A DNA stretch of 64,000 nt, from NCBI GenBank assembly GCA_964391805.1, contig CAYMNK010000002.1, forward strand, positions 19,671 through 83,670, written 5' to 3'. Source of the DNA: an uncultured Christensenellaceae bacterium. GTDB taxonomy: Bacteria; Bacillota; Clostridia; Christensenellales; CAG-1252. The notes beneath the pieces were generated by a model that was not told where the DNA came from, did no database searches, and worked only from the letters and a program-made list of their open reading frames with translations. The translations under genes and the position numbers were made by a program. This document shows, piece by piece, positions 62,201 through 64,000 of this stretch (position 1 is its first letter; the number at the start of each line of letters is the position of its first letter).

Positions 62201-64000
62201 GCGAATACATTACTGCCTAATAATGCTATCTCTCCAACGAAATATGCTTCATATAACGAAGTACAACCGTTGAACGCATTGTCACCTATTTCCTTTACCG
62301 TTTGAGGGAATACTATTCTCTCAAGGTTACGGATGTTCATAAACGCAGTCTTTTCTATGGTTGCGATTCCGTCTGGAATTATTATGCTTGTTGCGTTAAT
62401 ACCCGCAAACGCTTCTTGACCTATTACGGTAACACGACGGTCATTGATGTATTGAGGTATGATGACAACCATATTAGATTCGTCTTTATCTCCTACGGGT
62501 TGATTGTAAGCAACAATCTTAACGGTATCATCATCGAGATACTCGATAGTATACAAAGATGATACAATATTATTTTCCTTGAATGAATCGGAACTGAATA
62601 ATTCACCCGAATTGCTCGACAACAAATCGGTATATCTGCCATCGGCTTCCTCAAAGACTGCGTCGGTAAGATATTCGTTGATAAAGCTGAGATATAGATT
62701 GCTCAAATATTCTCCGTTCTTCTTGGGTCCAAATATTATCAAGTTGACACTTGCTCCGTCAAAGACGTGCTTTCCTATCTCGAGATCTTTATTAAAGGTT
62801 ATCGAGGTGAGGTTTGTTGCAGACTTAAACGCACCGTCATTTATCTTCAATACCGTCTTAGGTACTGTAAACGTTAAAGCAGAATTGCTCGATAAATAGG
62901 TGTGCAATACCGTTTGATTAATATTATACAAAGCACCGTTTTCAAACATGTAGTGCTCGTTCTTATCCAATACGATCTCGGTAAGATTACCGCAATCGGC
63001 AAAAGCACCTTCTCCGATGAAGGTAACGCTCGAAGGTATTTCAATTCTTACAATGCTGTCTAATCCGCTAAATGCATCCTTGGCAATTCCGGTAACATAT
63101 TTAATCTTTCCATTGGATGAAATAATCGTTGACGGAATGACAATATTGTTATGATTAACAGTGCAAGCGTGATTCTTGATACCGGTGATGATAAGTTCGT
63201 TACCGTTAACAGCACTCGTCTCGAAACAACAAGCATATTTTACATCTTCAACATTAAATCCTAAGTTGTCAAGTGTCTTATATAGAGGTAACGATTCTAC
63301 ATCCATTTCCTTAGAGATAGCATCAACATAAACTTCACAAGACGAGGTATCTACGCCTGTAAATACATCGGTGTAAATGCTGATGTCGTTGCCAAGGAAA
63401 TATATACTATCCAATTCTTGACATTGATAGAAAGCATTCTTGAATATCTTGGTAACATTTTCACCGATTACAACACTGCGTAGATTTTCAACGCCTAAGA
63501 AAGACGCTACGCCTAACGTCGTTACCGTACGCGGTATGTAAAGAGTTTGGATATCTTGATTGTATTGGAACGCTCTTTCGGCAATTACCGTTACCTTCAA
63601 ATTGTTAATAAACATTGGAATAACGACGTCTTTCATACCCGAAAGGCTGGCAATATTGTTCCAATTGACGATGCATATCGTACCGTCTTCCATATTGTCT
63701 GTGCTTGTAACGAAATAATTCAACGGAGTGGCTTGACGGAATTGAACATTGTTTTCTATACAGAACAATTCGAGTTCGTTACCGATATACAAACTGCTCA
63801 CTTGTAAATCTTCGTCGGTACCGATAAAAGCATCCCTACCAACAGTTGCAACTTCACCGAGTACTTGGACGTCATATAGATTCTCGCAATCTTTGAACGC
63901 TTTATCGCTTATAGTCTTGATACCACTACCGATAGTTACGCTTTGGAGATTCTTTGCACCCGCAAATGCCGAAGGCCATATAGAAATAACGCTATCAGGA
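47251..64000 (-). CDS. Giant BspA-type leucine-rich-repeat (LRR_5-like) protein, at least 5,581 aa; N-terminus beyond window end
   Basis: Hundreds of ~23-aa units such as IPSSVTSIGDQAFYGCSNLSQVYI. The track start at 63801 is an internal GTG. I translated 63802-64000 in frame: ..IPDSVISIWPSAFAGAKNLQSVTIGSGIKTISDKAFKDCENLYDVQVLGEVATVGRDAFIGTDEDLQV-SSLYIG.. has no stop and continues the LRR pattern. Confidence 0.9.
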   Translation of the reverse strand, partial: PDSVISIWPSAFAGAKNLQSVTIGSGIKTISDKAFKDCENLYDVQVLGEVATVGRDAFIGTDEDLQVSSLYIGNELELFCIENNVQFRQATPLNYFVTSTDNMEDGTICIVNWNNIASLSGMKDVVIPMFINNLKVTVIAERAFQYNQDIQTLYIPRTVTTLGVASFLGVENLRSVVIGENVTKIFKNAFYQCQELDSIYFLGNDISIYTDVFTGVDTSSCEVYVDAISKEMDVESLPLYKTLDNLGFNVEDVKYACCFETSAVNGNELIITGIKNHACTVNHNNIVIPSTIISSNGKIKYVTGIAKDAFSGLDSIVRIEIPSSVTFIGEGAFADCGNLTEIVLDKNEHYMFENGALYNINQTVLHTYLSSNSALTFTVPKTVLKINDGAFKSATNLTSITFNKDLEIGKHVFDGASVNLIIFGPKKNGEYLSNLYLSFINEYLTDAVFEEADGRYTDLLSSNSGELFSSDSFKENNIVSSLYTIEYLDDDTVKIVAYNQPVGDKDESNMVVIIPQYINDRRVTVIGQEAFAGINATSIIIPDGIATIEKTAFMNIRNLERIVFPQTVKEIGDNAFNGCTSLYEAYFVGEIALLGSNVFANTYDKDGYGIAVFGPSGGYLESCFDESIYNNGTSFNCFEYEYVKYTSNGVTYIDSNSIIITSLKNHTCNGNHSNIIIPSSIDGKPVTQLADNLLKGNTVITSVKLPDYLTSIGDRFFENCTNLTSVTIPSSVRTIGEYAFYNCISLTSVVLPNVKSVGKYAFASCHSLRSFVLPDTVTNVNDAEGLFKNCSNLVSIRLSKDIRSIPASFFENTTSLSEIMYFDTVTISGMPAEIYELGERAFYNSLYPSVKNDAITSLPLLRIGEKVFANTGIKTFDISGIVELGFGAFADCPNLVLSGKNENYVVGSNGILYEIETMLPVKENDSEGQTSFTFDSNDKNILFPETIIKNDEEYVYIGSTSFPEKDETDSDKSKWESERTIIDGTIKLNLTEVVDKSKSITNITVTKIEKSGDIYAFYVDAEALRNLDIGEYIQTITFDYSYKVYSQFITWNYWGSTSENSVTIQFADRLVISGFKNAELEYTADGEQSTISFENADIFNKYFSYDDKSGTITLVSGLSELNPDIKGEVVLTYNTYVNNVKNSYKATFNYQEDFVVVTIKTAIHTVPASTITDPFSDTSLDIVIKEKDGVASYYYNSSLLTVKNGSIIDSTLYSVLSGNKSKDDTGTLNAITTFRAFALEGCSGITQLRLQSMIHTIEEGSFINISNLAQVGSYSDKFYIYTIDHNDPNYAYAGGAILEVNLDADGNTIYDKDGLPTYTLISYLSTNTVTSFKIPDEILNYSTYEMMPIHITHIGNYAFAYNTVLEEIDLNNVTSIGEYAFANCEKLTYVNIPEDCTYIGSYAFDGCPLKSIYFENGIANGLSDRDIIEQTVSSLLPSNSNEYKVSYIPNELTYLNGGSIIYTVLENRNLMRTDSNGNPITVSDDLGGEVIQTRVLQVPVAKIVVDYSTNTCTYSVYSDNYIAQDERNLVGYVVETDSNASNYDYSEILLGSAKNSVYSNGTYTTENLTGMDYKSARVDSRLDDGSYYYSLVLYTGDTLQSASDIVYLSNITPSRLDYSVSGGIGASIFGNNAEIYIYAPLEKGESNIVSEYADSYVYNDHNIPLTYKRFSAVSKFNYEIINGNEIRIKGLKNAENETKIDIPEFINGMTVTAILDLAFSGNKTLETVTIPSSITSIGDQAFYGCSNLSQVYIEGMITDLGVDIFLDCDTDILNVYGISATELETYCDEAGIAFNVGTYWGCLEIKAIGTDKVAIVGLVNHHCNTSHKYITIPSTINGRKVVEISEGAFSGTDLISISIDGDTDNFVIAKDAFTGCERLKTVYLLNSTNNSTTIEDGAFDDNASGVTVYACDYNNIKSQNAVSKAHVTSITVGKVFITANVVGGVEILGMHDEGNEYTKIRIPDRIDGKNVVRIGDLAFMGNTTLTTVILGNYVTSIGEHAFEDCSSLTYIYLPESLKTIEQSAFADCYSLGSLMLGNNVESIGDYAFRGCSGLSELRFCNPDTELGVGLLDGIRGTIDFVEIHSSASAMITYFRNNYSTKPSYIENLSDADKYKECFDYEVVLGTAYGDYVKITGLKSHTNCSVGNHKDLIIPATIGGLPVLEIEERAFAGNTTIRSVTIENGASYASGYGIIIGEGAFRNCTSLSIANLGKVQRIGEYAFSKCTSLATVVMSLMRNSVIGVSSMDDNLNEVYEVYTVFEGCTNLNNVVIDNSFNSGKIQYIAQDGAIYSGDGVLLLCYDVNSETFAPDKATDIAKGAFIGCDNIKTLVLPKAITELDAKILCDDEGYILLNSLSKLYINAESITIKNASLLANVEIYYPIDCNINDGELVNKYAYIPVDYFDFDLRADDLTDGQIYMLNGVYYTYSEKTSSWTETNGYFGIVDDDIFNKVDYRVYQTIGGSTYYQYKDGNFDVIDLDDDIFEIEEEYYVIYPVANRNTLIEVTLVNGAVYYRNDYLSTVDSKDLYRRYLAINRNGDSSTVEFVYVRNNIPYRYNEDAVCFEQIVGNSEAEVNNNIYLSIKVTLLESDGFEYYIRKSDNALVSLKQDLLSYDKYLNNEYYYLSDDNEFVSVEVFDGVVYALGKEATVSDSMSISGKRNVLPDELYIGRFANILSGTQKCLYAYERLSDGKVYYSLIKGEVEELTEKIDLYTISNVYLGKTLGATISIKDVSDSIWKQTAYNTDVKLPDYAYINGISYPVIEIANRGFANTTIQSISISGNITEVSDEAFLDASRLQSITFGNSVLHIGANVLSGCKVIKNVTIGDNVMTIDGNMFSDRSYTVSSGAITNAINVSVSVNNQSFEDDSTDNMLLSKDGSILYAYYGLGGEGGELGTVVLPEGISTIKSGAFRYVSSSSVKVTKIILPTTLKRVEAGAFDGMSDLVQVIFRSEPTSLGYVEDGDVTVFTDYNDSFTVYGIENSLVESYAKLHGIPFRAYVSEDAFIVEVTMSSSGVYEATIIAVNKDKIKSTLIIPEYLTVKLSDGSAVKAKVVCIDSAVFYGIRSITKVIIPESVRSIGNNAFAELSNLETVIFLGDGAITLGNTVFAYDTSIVGVYVESARTFTIGNGVFKGSNANVVIYGNSDNLDAFIQKTSVPVINTDYAKNMVITKISDNEAILSGIDGNALLNDTELLIPRFVDGAEIVGIDLSKVSVNLKKKITAISIPSSVRYIADNSFSGTYITEVVLQRSITSVGNNAFAVKSDTLSVYVENDISISGKAFMANGKGDSVTFYAPLGVTNIEAYVKANKSTTIYYSPISYFTYETVNGNEIMISGLTDSGKNALKLVVPRYIDGKKVTAIGDGAFSHADKLLTVSLPEDLTTFGEYVFVGTFTDIDKEVLSEAVINDILSESDYTVTDGTIVLNEVIFRGANNNFKLNNVSGLKYITNNYDEGLDESISIYAVLATTTAKTFELTNSIEYIASGAFAGVKSLESFSGEINNSYGYSLVSYNSGNGKPIYTALVHNGIELVAVLSSAINPNSIDTLTIPNGVTSILPYAMYGYENSNVSTLVLGEQLTSIGIGAFENALFIKNIIIDPDSAIYSIEERTFYGCESLEEMPLLNSLKSIGANAFGNSGLKSINNLPELLFTISDGAFMGCDSLVTVTIPENVHTIGEYAFASCGSLEEIIIPESVTTIGKGAFMGTAITSITLPLSITEIADSLFEGADNLEGIVVQGVIVKIGNSAFKGTSALRELPTALTESVKELGEYAFADSGLISVSFGIGLKEIPAHAFENCKYLTEITLSSAVTAIHDYAFNGCNGLFDIENKIVSIKDGDNIVTVNDSNGAVDEYLITTERNKNIYLIVDGLQIRVVGGNITVNDKTVACIRNEIEGEIVTTAVYENLYIVYKSGVLSVSGGKEMNLSNGLTYVQFGINVRSIGDYSFANCALTTVLISDGIESVGDYAFKDNKNLESVQIGGNLQNLGKSVFSGTINLKLINVSSRNTTFVNMDDGVLFEREIGSDGVYTGRVILKVYPAGLIPSGDDRLYKVPSNTIAIESNAFEYSKLITVYIPESVKTIGRDAFMGADSLVNIYFEGDIDINGEDIFNGILPKAYISEDGDFVLLDGEYVKFFNGFYENSEGIYSLMDGKYVLSESGKTKYSKARFVLDNEGDYVSNDGYSFTLDRAHSSVLTRYSIISSELECYSLTNLVIDCPVGSNVYDYCLDKGYNCLPFGTDISSVSVNGVICVQHTAVECFTYTEGEYITITGLSNNCECNNHDTLVIPTYINGKEVREISANAFANAGIRVFALGRYVYTLGEGFLYGNEIERVYVASISNIDYDPDDELSTMYSTNSVFSVIGEVIDGLSYSALVGNVDGFNTLVLYTTSSTLTEFVIPTDIEQIGYGAFAYNRYLKNVIMHDGIVNIPDYAFAYDTALVGTEGALYLGNNVTSIGAGAFEGDTALTAVYGSEKLAEIDNKAFASCASIVEIAVLNDDGTLSYSFGNMIFDKDNSILYTVKDEKVLLHTFLSTSKLKNNSIVILPSIVNGINVLGIDNYAFYGVSTDIRTVVVPYESTNSSISIGEGAFDNCNVKTIHFESDVYSTDSDKRVFVDGAFVYLPQGAQLIDNLNNFAIGYKEVSVKSDLVYREKNGKIEIIGLSDVLNSRQIVIPYYLEGKQVSSISKDAFSGNSAIETIELLDTITSLPIGVFEGCYNLVSVDLSETHIEVIPENVFASCNSLVSVKLPNTVTEIANGAFKNTALRSIPTSDALISIGSEAFRDSNISEVVFTGSIKNIGAFAFADCDGITEISIPSSVESIGEGAFDNCNSLLYVHFQDDVLSLPDTSETPLFVLHDNITVKVPYNATKVIAYLEALGYKDSEYIVEHPEEEQNLFLYTPSTCFEFVVTENGIEIVGMKKSASHDYENCQYCSEAVYFPDEIDGQTVIGVGEEFSTKVSSKIKTIEFNSQLRYIEDNALYGMTSLTNVVFGSRNQSNLEYIGKYAFVGTSITSVSIPSIDLDYIDDYAFSGVALTSLKLGSVKRIGAYAFANVEFGGENGKEVLKVNDGVLQNIDIVFADGAIIDSYAFAKNTLLGSSNSNFQISGGLGEVGEGAFYATDLSSVSGNDFVSYSIKTVGDYAFANTKIGFVASNVEYIGAYAYARGLSVLSGSIQTDIPFDKSLKHTAIYDNVVTLNNVTLLSICEIGAGVFSGTSIAKLSLGKDLTDFSAPITLENGDFVLGAIENTPKLKNIKVDSANAKYFVLNGALFVNQDNNVTKLIAYPADILSYCNEISVSEQSSIGVYKTSDGYYQTLGKGKGYVIIGTRAFMNSTINALYLTDFNCIGIESYAFYNVTSLEYVTIGSYVESIGDYAFAGCTGLVDCEGGANCLHRYECELRGSCTGYNAVDFSSASSLSYIGVSAFENCIGLKSLSLRGKNLTVSENAFKGTSISFLIVSAVYSSIRTQSFATVSEVQFISMNKNLELSSNVFASGAKIYYPIAYSTDETDMSNVLSGYEGGVLIPHWNWSHFSIENYVIKQLASVCENHNNRHNGEKILLPLYAVDGNRLTYEADAFTGYTVEQVG

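Noticed and set aside
36526-63807. Dozens of plus-strand ORFs of 60-160 aa across the giant pilin and LRR genes
   Set aside because: They lie antisense to uninterrupted 6.8-kb and 16.7-kb frames with clear repeat architecture. They are Ser/Thr/Ile-rich low-complexity, as expected for the reverse frame of LRR and beta-helix codons.
23500-64000. The surface locus as a prophage or integrative element
   Set aside because: No integrase, transposase, or phage structural or replication genes are present. The only mobility-like signal is the pair of inverted repeat arms, which is reported separately.

Overview
AT-rich, Bacillota-like chromosomal window, coded almost entirely on the minus strand. Composition was judged by eye, not computed.

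**1-23.5 kb: housekeeping genes with classic Firmicute synteny.**
- rsmD-coaD convergent with ylbJ; rdgB followed by a YfcE/YsnB-like phosphoesterase.
- ylxM-ffh-rpsP-KH-rimM-trmD-rbgA-rnhB-yraN, then rplS.
- A sugar-type ABC transporter operon behind a long leader that contains a terminator.
- A secreted endonuclease-I/Big_2 nuclease, iorAB-like genes, alr, a NUDIX hydrolase and 7 tRNAs, all with encoded CCA.

**23.9-64 kb: a surface locus of about 40 kb.**
- It holds a full type IV pilus gene set: pilC, pilM, pilN-like, pilO-like, two minor pilins, pilD, pilB and a separately transcribed major pilin.
- The gene in the GspK/PilX position is a 2,282-aa giant with a pilin-type N-terminus and a body that looks like a beta-helix.
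- The set is flanked by a 2,224-aa tail-anchored MBG-repeat adhesin and by a BspA-type LRR protein of at least 5,581 aa whose N-terminus lies beyond nt 64000.
- This giant-protein-loaded pilus locus is my best candidate for an undescribed system.

**Intergenic structure.**
- Every larger intergenic gap is filled by a mosaic family of hairpin-cassette repeats: a CTCAG(T/A)ATGAC box, a GGCGGGCGATTACTAATCGCCC palindrome, and arrays of mini-hairpins.
- One composite pair of about 190-250 bp, in inverted orientation, brackets the adhesin + pilin cassette.
- Several near-consensus promoters sit 6-8 nt from start codons, which predicts leaderless mRNAs.

No transposase, integrase, CRISPR array or rRNA gene was seen.
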